From the NCBI GenBank assembly GCA_012295275.1, contig CM022670.1, positions 12,524,001 through 12,588,000 on the forward strand: 64,000 nucleotides of DNA, read 5' to 3'. The notes beneath the pieces were generated by a model. It did no database searches. It was given only the letters and a program-made list of their open reading frames with translations, and was not told the DNA's origin. The translations under genes and the position numbers were made by a program. This document shows, one piece after another, positions 11,056 to 25,352 of the stretch; within the stretch, counting starts at the first letter, position 1, and each line of letters opens with the position of its first letter. Source of the stretch: Chrysomallon squamiferum. Taxonomy: Eukaryota > Animalia > Mollusca.

Positions 11056-13290
11056 ACTGAGCCGTTTTAGCTTTGAGAAACTCTATTTAGACTGAGCTTG
11101 TTAGCATTTAAATTAGAAAAATATAAATCCATTTGATAGCATTATTTGAAGAGACACGACTCTTTATATATAAGCCAAAAGTTAGAATTAATTTACAGAG
11201 GCAAAATTTTATTTAGACTGAGTTAAATAGGAGACTAAATTCTATTTCAACTCAGCAGTTTTTATTTAGTTAGAACAAGATGAAATACTGTAAGTCAAAC
11301 TCATACCAGTCCAAGCATAAGTGATTATGATGATGATTATTATTACCATTATTTTTGTTATGTTAGAAGGTAGAAAAAGCATGTAAGTTGTTAAATTATT
11401 ATATACTTATGTGATGAAAATGAACTGCATTATTTTATTATAAAATTAATTTAGAAATTAGGACGACTAAATATTCTTGTTTCTGGCTTTAAAGTAATTC
11501 TGATGCAGAGCACAAATTTGTAAAATAAATGAAACAAAATCAACAACAAAAAAAACAACAATATCCTATCATAATCTTTTTTTTTTTTTTTTTTTAAATC
11601 AAGAAACAAATCATTGTTTTATATTTATATTTTGACTTTCTTTTCTTTTTTTTTTTTTGATTTGCCAATTGCCAAAATCATAAGGCTGTACATAAAGATG
11701 AGCAAGACATAAATGACACAGTTGTAACTGTTACTGAGCTGAAGTAATGAACTTGCATCTTATTATTGCTCCACCTAATTCAGCCAAAAATGTTTTTCAC
11801 GGAATATGATTGCAAGCCAGTGTATTTTTAGATGACATTTCCTCTCCATCTGCACAGACATGTATTTACCTACATAACATCCTGAAGAAAAATTATTTGA
11901 TGAAACCCGAGCACAGACAGACAGAATATTTTTAATATGCAGGTTAATTACCTGCTTTGTTTGCCCAATAAACGATAGTCCACAGCACTTGTCAAAGTGT
12001 TAAATATATCCAGGGAGAAACACTTGCTTTCTCTGAGTTTGTAAAATGTATATGTTGAAGATATGATGATACATTTGTTTCAGTTTTTTGAAAAGTAGCA
12101 AATTAAATCCAATTGTAAACTGTTTAGTGAGTGGAAACCAGCTGCAAATAGTTTTATGTAACAAACATAATATGTCTGTATAATATGTGGGGTGTGCAAG
12201 TCTGTGTGGAGTTTCAGGAAATGTAGATTTATACTGGACCACAGAGTCTTGATTTTCTAGTCTGGTCAGCTGATCATTTCTGCTTCATTCTAGATTTGTT
12301 TTGTGTAAATAGAAAAAAAAAAAAAAAAAAAAAAGAAACCATGGTGCTATTTATGATTTTAACACTGCCAGTTTGGAAGTTTATAATTTGACAGTTTAAA
12401 TGAAACTGCATTGCTTATTGCTTTTGCTCTTGTGTTTTCACATAACTGATTTTCACTTACACATCTGTGCTGCTGATCCTGTTTTAATTATTTTTATTCT
12501 TTTATTTTAATTTTGATATAATTATTTCATATTTTGTAAAATATATTTTCAGCGTTAATGAAATTGATAGATTTTGTTTTTATCTCTTTTAATGTTTTAT
12601 TATTATTGCTGTAAAAAATATCCTTAAGCACATGATTTTGGTATAATAGAAATTTTTTTTTTCTTTTTGTTAGTAACTAAAAAGTGTTCAGTAAATTGAA
12701 TTCAACCAATCAACCATTTGAAATGTACTTACATCCAATGAAGGTTCAAGAATAATCTGAAGGAAATTGTTAATTTAAATTTTTTATATATTTATTTATT
12801 TTATTACTACTTCTACTACTACTATTATTATTATTATTATTATATATATATTAATATTTATTTATTTATTTATTCTTTTTATTATCTTTAATTGGTGTAC
12901 TAAACTTGTTTTAAAACAAGTGAAAATTTTAAGTAGTACAGAAAAGCTCTATATCCAATGGAGACTAAAGAAAGTCCCATTCATAGATCAGATTTCAGTT
13001 TGCAGAATATTTTGTAAGAAAATAATGAAACTGGTTTCACTTGTTAACTGATGGATCACTGTAACGTGAAAACCAACTAAAATTAGTGGATAATGTGTGT
13101 TATATTTAGTGACTTCTGTTAATGATGTTAGTGTGTACAAGTAAATTATATTTTGTGTTCATGTAGTTTTATTTTAATCTTTCTTTATTCTGTATTACTG
13201 CCGTAATTAATTACATCTTTAATTAATCTTTTGTTTTCTTTATATATATAAAATATATATTGTTTTAATATAATGGAAGTATTATATCAT

Positions 13291-13321
<31 letters not shown>

Positions 13322-14037
13322 CTCTTTTTATCTGGTTAATTTTACATGATGTCTTCTTTGTTTAATATTATTTTGGATACAGAAATTATGTTGTCTGGTA
13401 TAGGGACAAATAACAATAACAAATAAACACTTAATTTTGCAAATAACAATCACATTAATACTTTCTTCTTGTCTTCTCTACTCTTAATTTATTTTCACTC
13501 TATTGCCTATATTGTCACCCTCATGTTCTCAACCTGTTTTTCAGTGCAACAATCTACTGCCTCATTTTCATGACCCAACACTTTCTAAGTCAAGTAATAT
13601 TTTCCACTTTAAAACATTTTTGTTATCCTTACTGTAACAAATTTCATAGAAATCTTTTGTTACTGTTTTGTTTATCCAGTTAATATTACTCAATTTCAAG
13701 AAAAATAATACTATCTATATACACTTTTTTGTTCTTTTATCAATTTTATTTATAAATTTATTTTTAGTATCTTGTCTTTATTAAATTATGATACATATAA
13801 ATATAACATGTTTGTATACGACTTTGCATTAAACTTAGTGCATAACTTTTATTTTACTAAATTTGTAGCTCTTTATATATGTCCTTTATTTTCCTCTTTT
13901 TTTTTATATATATATTTAATAATATCAATCTTACCTTGTCAATACCTGTAACAATTTTGTGTATTTAATTTACATTTATTACATGTATTACTACAACACT
14001 ATAGAGTGCCTTTTATTACATTTAGTTTATTTAAATA

Positions 14038-14079
<42 letters not shown>

Positions 14080-14986
14080 CATAAAAAAATTGTATACATG
14101 AAAATTCCAATAATAAAAATATATTATTACTTATATAACCTCTTTTTTTATATCCATTACATCTTTCTACAGTCATTTTTTTTTTTTTTTTTTTTAAATT
14201 TATTTTTTTAAATCACATATTTACATTTTATACATGTATTAGCATTTGACATGCTTACACATATATGTCATTTACATACACTGACGTTAGATATACTTAT
14301 ATAAACCATCCAGGACAAATGTCAAACAAGAATGCAAAAAAAAGTATCTAGGCATTTTATCCAAGCCTGTATATCCATGTAGGTATAATGTTTATATTTA
14401 TGTATGCAAATAAATATAATGTACATGTATATTTAAAGATTTTAGGAATAATATACATGTGTATCTATGATTTTGGGTATTAAATACATGAATAATATAT
14501 ACAAGTAAAATAAAATGTTTATACATTTAGGTATAATATATGTTTCTGTAAGTGTAATTAGCAGTATGTTATTGATGTATCTTGTTATATAGTGTGCTTA
14601 TTTCGTTATTTATTGACAGCCAATAAATAAACATTATACAAAAATATTTTTTTGTTTTTTGTTTTGGGTTTCATTTTATTTTATTTATTTATTTTGTTAG
14701 TTAGATTTTATTTTATAATTTATTTTGGTTCATTATTTAAATCAATATATTTTATATAATTTATTAATTAAGTATGGTAAGATTTAGATTTCAAACAGTA
14801 TTAAAAGTGACTTTTCTAGCAGACATTTGTAGGAATAAAATATTACATAGAGAACAAAATGATTCATCTAGTCGTCCTGATAAACCATAAATAAAGCAAG
14901 AATAACTGAGTGAGAATGAGATATATGTGGAAGTAAGTACTATCTTCAGTGTCAGCTAACATTGCTGTATATGATTATTATTGTTG

Positions 14987-15027
<41 letters not shown>

Positions 15028-15336
15028 TTTACTTATTTATAGTTTATCTGTTCATCTATTTGTTTTGTTTGTGTATAAAATATATGTCTTGGTAGAGCTA
15101 CGAATCGACGCACTGGATACTCAAAACAAAATTATTTATTCGTTATTTTCAAATATTATTCTGAAGTAAAATATTAAAAATCAAAATGCAGATTACGGTT
15201 GAAGTCCGTCGTGGAATGCGGAAATTCGGTCACGGTGAGCAGATATCGTACGTATTTCAGAGAGCAAAAACGACAAAGACTATAGTATAGAGGTCACATG
15301 ATCGTGAGTGTTTAAAGCTGTCTGCAGCAAAGTAAA

Positions 15337-15582
15337 ATGTCGGAGGATCTGCACAGACAGACCAGTTATTCCTTTCGTTGTGGGATATGTTACGGAGATT
15401 TTCACAAACCTAAAGCTCTTCCTTGTCTACATACGTTCTGCGAAAATTGTTTACACGATTACGTAGTCAGCAGATACAGTGGGCGTATACAGTTTCATTG
15501 CCCGGTGTGCATGCAAATTATCTACCTGCCACAAGAAGGCGTGCGCTCATTTCCCGACGACAGTGTTTTAGTCGGACTGCAG
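15337..15582 (+). CDS. RING-NHL gene exon 1 (RING domain)
   Basis: ATG at 15337, 82 codons, CAG|gtaatt. Confidence 0.9.
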
Positions 15583-15836
15583 GTAATTTGAGGTTTTGAA
15601 AATATTTTTAATTTCTGTTTTTGAAGAAGACGCTAACACTGTTAGAAAAGTGTTATAATTTAATTAGGAACAGTAGCAAAAAAAAAAAAAACACACACAA
15701 AAAAAAAACCACACACACAAATAAAAAAACATACAAAAAAAAAAAAATTCCAAATTGTGTCGATGTGGAGGTTTTGTGAATTTGTTTAATAAATCTGAAC
15801 GATATTGCAATGGAAAATACTGTTATCAGTATGCGA

Positions 15837-15934
<98 letters not shown>

Positions 15935-18638
15935 ATTTAGATTACTTCGTAGTTTTAATGTTTGAAAACAGTAACCAGTCTGTGTAGGCTATGTGTGGAT
16001 GATGGTTTTGTTTACGCATTTGACACTGTTATCATTTATTTGTAACAATTTTGTGAAAGTATGTAACAAAAATAGACATAGTTATTATTTCTGTTCCCGA
16101 TCAAAATAAAAGCAAAATTATTACGTTGAGCACATAAGCAGTGTCATTATCTACTGTTAGTTCAGTTAGTATTTCTGGACTGCAGAAATTCGCATCATGG
16201 AACTGGGGGAAAAAAAAAAAAATGATACGAAAGCAGCGTTTTCATCGAAATACAAGAAATGCTTTTAATCTTTAAATTAAAGTGACATTATTTATATTTG
16301 AAAAGAAAATATTTTCGCTTTAATGTTTCTACCGTATTTTTAATTGCTTTATTCATCAAATTAATTTTGTTAGATTATGTAGATACTCAAAAGCGCCTCT
16401 ATTATTGATCCGCCATACTGTTTTGCCCTATTTTTACTGACTTCGGAACGCTTGATTTATTATTTTCTATTTGAGGCCTTATCTCAGTAAAATCTGAACA
16501 AATATCTTTGAGTTAATTGAACGAATGTTATAATGCATTGTTAAAAAAAGCATTTACAGTCGGAAGTGCCTTTGGGGTAGCTGCCACCTCGTTATGTTTC
16601 TACAAAATGCGAATCTCGTTTATACACTACTTTTTACGCTCACGGGTTAACTGCCTGAGATTTCTTTATGGAAACAGACATGGACATGCAGAAACACACA
16701 ATCTTAGTTGTATCCATTTGTCCAATATATACGAAAGTCCTAGAAAATCTTGATGAAAACATTATTGACAATTTTCAAGCAGCAGAGCTCTTTCAAAAAT
16801 GTATCACCGGAAAGAGCAATAGTTAATCTTTTACAGAACCAGTAGAATTGTAGCTTAAGGAAACTACATGACGACCCGCCAGACTTGAGAGAGACGTTAT
16901 CAGATCAAAAATTCAGCTTCTGTGCCATTTACATTCACATGAGCAAACTTGCAACTTACGTTGTAATTCATTATGCATCCAGTTTTTGTCAGTGTTTTCT
17001 TAATATACTATCATTGTAAAGTGCTTTGAGCCCCGCTCTCAGGAGGAAAGGGTACTGAAAAAGGCACATGTTAACGTATAGCTTTTACTGGCATTAAGAT
17101 GGTTCCTCGATGTCGAAGAAAACTGCAAATTGTTAAAAGAAAAAAGATGAACCATCTAAAAGTTAGCTTTCCTCAAAATGGCAATTGTACGCAAACAGCA
17201 GCAAAAATTTAAATATTACAAAATTCTAACTATTTGACTGACAACTTTGAATTTTTTATCATTTAAATCAGGATAAAAATATTTACAATAATAGGAGTCA
17301 ACCATGTATTTTTCAGAGAAAAAATTTCATTTGAGTACCTACATTATACATGTTTGTTAAACAAATGATTTTTTAGCTGTTAACAACAATTTTTAAATTA
17401 TTAATTGAAAGGAAAAATATGAATGTTAATTTAAAATTATATTGTATTTTTTACTTATTAAATTTTACCGATTTACTGTTATTATGTTAAAGAATAATAG
17501 AAGAAATATAACAAAACAGCTGGAAACATATTCACTGTTTTACGTCTAGAACTTGTATTTATTTATTTATTTATTTATTTATTTATTGATATCTTTCCAC
17601 AGAACGTATTTTCCCCCAACACAAGCCAACCAGTCGAGCTACCTCCAAGTTATCAGTCACTTTTCGGTCGTAAAGCTTTCGATGTCGAAGGAGGCGACGT
17701 TGACATCCTCGGAACTCCGCAAAAGGCAACATTATTAAGAAGTTTCGGCGGTCACGGCACCGAACTTACAGAATTTACACACATCGCTGGCGTGGCTGTG
17801 AACCCACTGACAGAGGATGTTGCCGTTTCAGACTGCAGTTTGAACAAAGTAACAATATATTCCATCCACGGGCAACACAGATCTAGCTTCTACTGCGACT
17901 GCTCAGTGAGAGATTTATGTTTTGCCAGGGGAGGTAACTTGTTCGTCACAGTCAGTCGTTCGGATTCTGCGATAGTACGAGAATATACCCCAGATGGGAT
18001 AATGATCGGTATGCATGGAACATTTTACAAATACGACAACCCTTGCGGGATTGCCTTTGATGCACTACAGAGGTGCATCGTTACCAGTTTGGAAAAGAAC
18101 TGTATCCATGTTTTGACAAATAAACTGAAACCGTCGATAAGATTCGGGTCTAAAGGATCGGGTGTGAATCATTTCCTTACACCCCTATTATGTGGCAGTC
18201 AATGGTAGAAACGAAATCGTTGTCTCCGATTCAGGAAACCACAGAGTTAAAGTTCATAAGGAAAACGGACAGTTTCTTCTGAAGATAGGAGGTAAAGGTC
18301 ACGAGGAAGGACAACTGTTTTATCCAATGGGCGTTTGTGTTGATCGGTATGACAACATCTACGTCGCGGACGCCAACAACTACAGAGTACAGGTGTTCAG
18401 ACAAGACGGCTCCTTTATTGCTTGTCCTGTGAATCGAACATTCGACATCGGCCTGGACGTGAAACCAACAAACGTCGCCGTCCACCGCGACAATTTGATT
18501 GTAGCCTTGAGAGGCACTCGATACAGTGAGATTCGAGTGTACAGATGGGAACCGCCAGTTTTCGTTGATACTCGGAAATTTTCGACATCATCGTTGTGGT
18601 GCTGTTGTAATACAAGCATCCCGTACGATGAACTTTGA
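15337..18638 (+). CDS. RING-finger + NHL-repeat protein (TRIM2/3-like sequence, no B-box/coiled coil), probable E3 ligase, about 426 aa after removing one extra base
   Basis: Exon 1 15337-15582 has a C3HC4 RING (CGICYGDFHKPKALPCLHTFCENC...CPVC), donor gtaatt, phase 0. Exon 2 starts at 17603 after ctttccacag and holds NHL repeats (FGGHGTELTEFTHIAGVAV, FGSKGSGVNHFLTPYYVAVNGRNEIVVSDSGNHRVKV, IGGKGHEEGQLFYPMGVCVDRYDNIYVADANNYRVQVF). Extra C at 18182-18185; TGA ends at 18638. Confidence 0.88.
17603..18638 (+). CDS. RING-NHL gene exon 2 (NHL beta-propeller; frameshift near 18185)
   Basis: In frame with ORF 17792-18208, then switches to ORF 18192-18638. Confidence 0.88.
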
Positions 18639-19442
18639 TGCAGCAATTAAATCTGTGATATTATAGAACAAAAAACATGAAGTAACTCAGTTTAAAGTGA
18701 TAAGCAATAACAGTTAATACATCGAATTTTTATAATAATTTATACATTTTTATAGATGACTAGAATGAACTTGTATTTTTAGTTATTTGTGAAAATGTTC
18801 AGTTTGTAAAATAATAATATATTTTAAACAGCTTCGTACTGAATTTTACAAATTGTATTTGTAGTCAGAAATAGAGGTGTAATATATTTCATAATACTCA
18901 TTTTGAAACCTTTTTTAAATATGGATAAGAATATGAAAAAGCATGATCAACCACCATCTGCTTTATATTGTCGAATATTTTTAAGTGTATTTTAATGTAT
19001 AGTTTTGAAACATTATTATGATTATTTAATTTGTTTTGAACACAGATCTTTGTAAAATAAAAAGTGTGATGGTATCATAACCAGCTCGAGAAAATAAAAG
19101 AATGAAAAATGTTCTTGTGTTATTATTGTTATGCTTTATACGCTTAAATGTATTGAGGCCAGTCTAACAAATCCACCAGAGATATCTTACGGTACATGTA
19201 TTTTATTATATCTGTGACTGAATGGTGATGCACAGGACAATTTCATCAACTAAATACGAGTTGTGTGTTCGAATCATTGATGCCAAGCACAATTATATTT
19301 CAAAGGATTGAGCTCAGACAGTCGAAACAATTTTCGAAGTATTCTAAAACGGGTTTAAATATATATATATCTTAAAAGGACTTTGTGATTGTTTATTAGA
19401 CACTTATCTTTTCTCTTTTTTTTTTATTTGTTATTAGTCTCA

Positions 19443-20361
19443 CTAGAAAATATTAAATTTATAGATGATTTCATGTAATGTTCTCTTATTGTCGTTCGTC
19501 GAAAAATTTGAAATATCACCAATAGCTTTCGGGAATATCGCTACTTTGTATCCAGGCGGTATTGTCCATAATATGTGTGGCATTTTAGTAAAACTGACGC
19601 TCTTTTGATTAAAGATAGATACCCAATTTTTAATTTGGTACGGGTCTGGTGCAGGTGGTTCTGATGTTTTCTCTACATGTCGATAGATCTCATAACAGCG
19701 TCCATCGAGTTGACTTATAACATCACCCTTTGACGTTTCTTGTCACATTTTTCTTCCAGAGATATGCAAATTTTTGGCAGTTTAATTATACAGTCTTGAA
19801 TGTTTGTTTCTGTTGAAGCACATAAAGCATCACTCTCTCGATTTCCAGATAACAAGTGATTTAAGCAAATTCTATGTCGTGGAAAGTAGAGTTCTGTTTT
19901 GTATTTTCTTTAGCCTCTCGATTGCTGAAATAATTCATAGTAACTAGAAAGTCTAAACCGTCATTGCCAATCTTATCCCACTGACCAGAAATAAGTCCAT
20001 GACTAATAAGTGTCTCTTGGTTGAGATATTTCATACGTATGACATGCATGTCAGGTCTAAATAAAGTGTTTGATATCTGTTGCGATATTTCAAACATCTT
20101 TCGTCACATATTAATTGGTACAACAACCTTCTCATCTTTGAATATCGGGACATCGTGAAGCTGTAGTAAGGAGTTCATACATTTTTGTGTGACTCCAGAT
20201 TTCACTTTTAGAAGACAATCACCTTGGTCAGCTTTTATTTTGTGTTTTGGTAGCCTTATATTTTGAACTGGTAGTAAATATATCATATTCGTATGCTGAA
20301 ATTCATCTAGAATACTCTTCGAGAACGTCGGGTACGCCCTAGAGATCGCTGCAACAATGTT
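19443..20361 (-). pseudogene. Degenerate coding-like terminal exon of an unidentified gene
   Basis: Acceptor tacttctattag before 20361. The frame NIVAAISRAYPTF... runs to a TGA (20106-20104), continues in frame to a TAA (19863-19861), and a shifted 99-codon frame 19742-19443 ends in TAG. Composition is non-repetitive and exon-like. Confidence 0.45.
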
Positions 20362-21126
20362 CTAATAGAAGTACAAAAAAAAAAGAAGAAGAAAAAGAAG
20401 TCTAAACATTACAAAGTTTATTCCGCGCGAAGTACATAAAAACCTCAGATTTTGTTACTGACTATATCATATAATAAATATCTTAAAATCTAAGGAAGGC
20501 TAGATGTATTACCCATGGTATCAGAAACTCCAACATAAAGAATTTATTGTATTTTCTACCGTATCAGAAATTATTATTGATATATTCTAATTTAAAAAAG
20601 TATGATGAATAAAGTAATCTGAGTATAATAAAAATAATAATAATAATAATAATAATAATAATTAATAAATAAGTAAATAAATAAAATGAATAAATTCGGT
20701 AAAATTGCTTTGACCTAGTTAAATATTATTATTATTATTATTATTATTATTGTTGTTGTTGTTGTTGTTGTTATTATTATTATTGTTGTGGTTGTTGTTG
20801 CTGCTGATGTTGTTAGTAGGTATTAGTAGTGGATAATGATAATTCAATTTTATGAACAATTCATTAATTTTGTTTCCTTAATAAACATATGAGAAGAGAG
20901 ATAACTCCATTCGAATTTATTTATTTATTCTGTGTTACTAATAATAATTTTTTTTTTTTTTTTTATTACTGACTAATGGCAACAAATTTGTGTGCTTCCA
21001 ACCTTATTGCATTTTGTTGATTATTTTGTTCACAGTGGTCGCACTTCACTGATAATAAAATTCAATAATAATAAATGATATCATCGCTGATAAATATAAG
21101 CCATTTTCATTTTTCTTTTTGGATTT

Positions 21127-21179
<53 letters not shown>

Positions 21180-21218
21180 AAAGTAAAAACAACACAAAAC
21201 AAGCAAAAAAAAAATAAA

Positions 21219-21249
<31 letters not shown>

Positions 21250-21723
21250 ATCAACAGCAACAACAATACAATTAACTAAAAACAGTAGTAAAAGTAAATG
21301 GAGTAATTTGCAGAAAAAACCGAAATTGTTCATGTTCTGAGTCTAAACTGCTTCAAATATTATGCTCTGGAAGAAAATTTGTATATATATATTTTAATTA
21401 TTATTAATAATGCTAACTTTATTAATTTATTTCTTGTTCCTTTTTCTTTATGTTTATTCTTCTTCTTGACTCTTGGACTTAAATTTAATCGTGATTGCTA
21501 TTCAGAACATTCAGTATAAGAAATATACATTAAAGACTGAGGCATTACAATACCAAATAATTCTTGGCTAACTTAGGGTTTTTAATCTGAAAATAGAATC
21601 TGTAGAGACATAATTAGTATGGAATGGTAATATCATAATATACCCTGTAAATAATAATCATAAAGAAGAACAAACAAACAAACGAATAAATAATAATTAT
21701 ATCATTAGCGTTTCGATGGAAAT

Positions 21724-21770
<47 letters not shown>

Positions 21771-22438
21771 TTTTATTTTATTTTATTTTATTTTATTTTA
21801 TTTTATTTTATTATTTTTAAATTTATTGTTTACTTAAATATTTATTATTTAATTTCGTTGAACGTCAACAAAATACTACTAATAATAATAACAGTGATGA
21901 TGATGATGATGAAGATGATGGTTGTGATGATGATAACAATAAAAATAAAATGCCTTAGAGTAATAAAAGATTCCGACATTTTATGCTAACGTACATTAGT
22001 CACGTGTGTGTTGTCGCGTCGTGTTATTTACTGTTAAAGGTCTACGTACTAACAGAAATACGATATCGAGAGACGAATTTTAATAGACATTGCTTGTTGC
22101 TCCAGCTTTCCATTAAATTCACAAGGGACGAAGTTTGCAGAGGAAAAAGTTTTGTACTTAATTCGAGAATTAGTCAGTAAATGGTTTCATTTCACGGCTA
22201 GACAGAGAGGCCGCTGGTTAGAAAGAAAAAAAAAACGTAGAATCACCGTTAGCAGGCGACGTTAGAACCATTACCAGCATAGGAAACAGCGGAGTTTTTT
22301 CTAGTTCCACTCAGCTCTTCGTGACAGTCAGTCGTACGTATGTTCTGTCGTTTCTGCTGGAAAGCAAAGAATATAAAATTACGTTATTTCATTAAAAAAA
22401 TAGTCTTTGCTATTAAGTGAAAGAGGTTTTCCTGTAAA

Positions 22439-22637
<199 letters not shown>

Positions 22638-23313
22638 GGTGGTTTAAAACAGTCTTCACTTCTTTATAAAATTTAAATTTATTTTAATGCCACTACAAAT
22701 CACTGGTTTTTGGTTCTTGAAAGAGTAGAAAATATAGTTGTTGATATCCCAAACCGTCCAAACTAAAAAAAAAACGTCTTAAGGAACCAGGGCGAAAAAT
22801 ATGCTTACACGTGTAAGGAACGTCTGTTGTAAACACGCAAGCAGATTAGAATCGTGACCTGTTGCAATGAAAATGTACATATATTCATAAATAAATTTAT
22901 TAATTTGTTATAACTGATCCAGTTGATTTTTGCTTCTGTCTCAGTATGTGATAAAAACATAAGAGATTTATTATTTAAATAAACCATTATTAGAAACAAT
23001 CATTTTAAAAATTATCCCTACCACCACAGCAGCAGGAACAGTAATAATAATAATAATAATAATAATAATGTCGACGATGATGATGATGATGACAAACAAA
23101 CACAGATGCTTTGCTGTTTATTTTCTCTACAGTCAGAAAGTACCTTTCGATACCCGATACACTGAACACAGTGACGAAGCCAGACAGACATCAACACGCT
23201 TGCACGCACACATACGGACACAAAGGCCTAGACGTGTGCATTTCGAAAACGCGTGTATTGCACGAAATGGATTTAGGAATACATGATCGTAAGTGCAGTA
23301 CTTGTTGTGTTCA

Positions 23314-23368
<55 letters not shown>

Positions 23369-24997
23369 TTTTATCAAGATATCAAATAATAAATCACCGC
23401 TAACACTGAACTAGTCGTAAAAATGGCCAACATTCACTAGATTTTGTTTACATATTATAAAATTGTTCGGTTGTTATCTTGATATCTTTTTGTTAAAAAT
23501 AAAAGAATAAACACGCTGAACTGGTGCATTTCCATATCGCCATAAGTAGCCAAAGACTGATTGTTGGCATGGTGCTCGTGACGAAATAACGCGAGACTTT
23601 CGAGTGTCCACGAGAATGCTTCATGACACTTATTGATTGAATCGTTTTAACGTATTTCCGTTGTTAGCCATCTGCCGAGTTGTTAGTAAATGAAAGAGCT
23701 GTTGGGTCTTTGAAGATAAAATAATAATTTAAAGTGCATTTATATGCATAAATTTGACTTACTTCATTGATGTTAACCTTTAAAAGAAAAGGTGTTTTGC
23801 GGTGGAAATAATCGTTCGATTGTCGTGTGTTCAGTATACAGGATATGAAAAGATGGAGGCTGTGGGCAGACGAGATAGATCTGAAATGTCTGCCCGTAAT
23901 TTGAATCTACTTTAAAATTGTCTCACAAATGCGTGAACATTTATTATTTGAATAGAATGAGCTAACTAAGTTCCATTTGCATACACACACCCCACACACA
24001 TACACACTCAAGAACAAAGAATGAACGAGAAAAATAAATAATAAGGAAAAAAATGATATAAGAAGAAAAATAAATAAATATTTTTTTTGTTATTAATTTT
24101 ACAAACGCCATATAATGCATATAAATTGTAACACAATTATAATGTTAAATAACATAAATACCATTATTATAAAATAAATGCATTATATACTCAAAGCAAG
24201 GTTATATAATGTGTAAAGTATTAATAAATAAAATAAATAACATTTGCATGACTGAGTAGAAAAAATCCATAAAAACAATGCCACAGAAAGAATGAACGAA
24301 AAAGAAAGAAAGAATGAAAGAGGAATAATGGAGGAAGAAGGAAAAGAAGGGATAGACAATGGTAAACCATTAAACTTTTTTCAAAACGTTAGAAACAAAA
24401 GAAAAGAAAGGAAAACAAAAATTGAAATATATGAAAGGAATGAATGCAAAGAGAGAGAAGGGCAAAAAACTAATAATAAAATAATAATAATAATAGTCAT
24501 AATAAAAAGAAAGAAAAAATACTTAAAGGAAACCTTAGTACATACGTTTAACTGTATTTTTTTTTTCTTACATTTTTCTCATCTTTGCGGTAATTTGTTG
24601 TTTCTTCTGTTTGTTTTGTGCAATGTAAACATACTTAAATGTACTGATTATATCTGGCTGTGTTGCAAAGTATAAAAAGAAATCACCTCTAACTTCCGTT
24701 CACTAACAGACATTAATGGACGTTTGCTCTGACTAAAGCTATATTGTACGATGCTTAACTCTCCTACTCAAACAAACGAAATGAATCTGCTAATTTTTTC
24801 CAATATACCAGTTATCACAAACCTGCACAGCCCTCACACAGCGGTAAGTAAATAATAGTACAGTTTCTACAAAACACGCATTTCTCATTTTAAACACAAT
24901 TTACTTTACTTGTCACATATTTTAGAATTTTTTATTTTCATTTTATAATTACGTATGCAAACGTGCAAACAGATCAAATGTTTTATTTGCTTCATGT

Positions 24998-25049
<52 letters not shown>

Positions 25050-25316
25050 TAATAAATAAAAAATAAATAAATAAAATAAAATACAGAATATAAATACATT
25101 CATTATTACTTACAGCAAATAGGAAGATTTCAACAAAGGAAATAAAATGATATGTTATTTACATGTAAAATACACAACAGAATATATCATGAAATAAAAA
25201 TTCTAAATATCTGATTAAAGATATTTACAGTGCGCATTACAAATATTCATGTGAGATGAATGCATTTATTCATTTTTTTTTTCATTTCCTTCTCTATATG
25301 TGTGTGTGTGTGTGTG

Positions 25317-25352
<36 letters not shown>

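Noticed and set aside
11056-15300. TAF10, which abuts the ILK 3' end in human
   Set aside because: No coding signal on either strand, only AT-rich UTR/intergenic sequence.
18231-18646. Three minus-strand ORFs over the NHL exon
   Set aside because: Antisense to a well-supported coding exon, with no recognisable motifs.
20104-20106. In-frame TGA as possible selenocysteine or readthrough
   Set aside because: The same region also has an in-frame TAA and a frameshift, there is no redox motif context, and I could not identify a SECIS. Decay is the simpler explanation.
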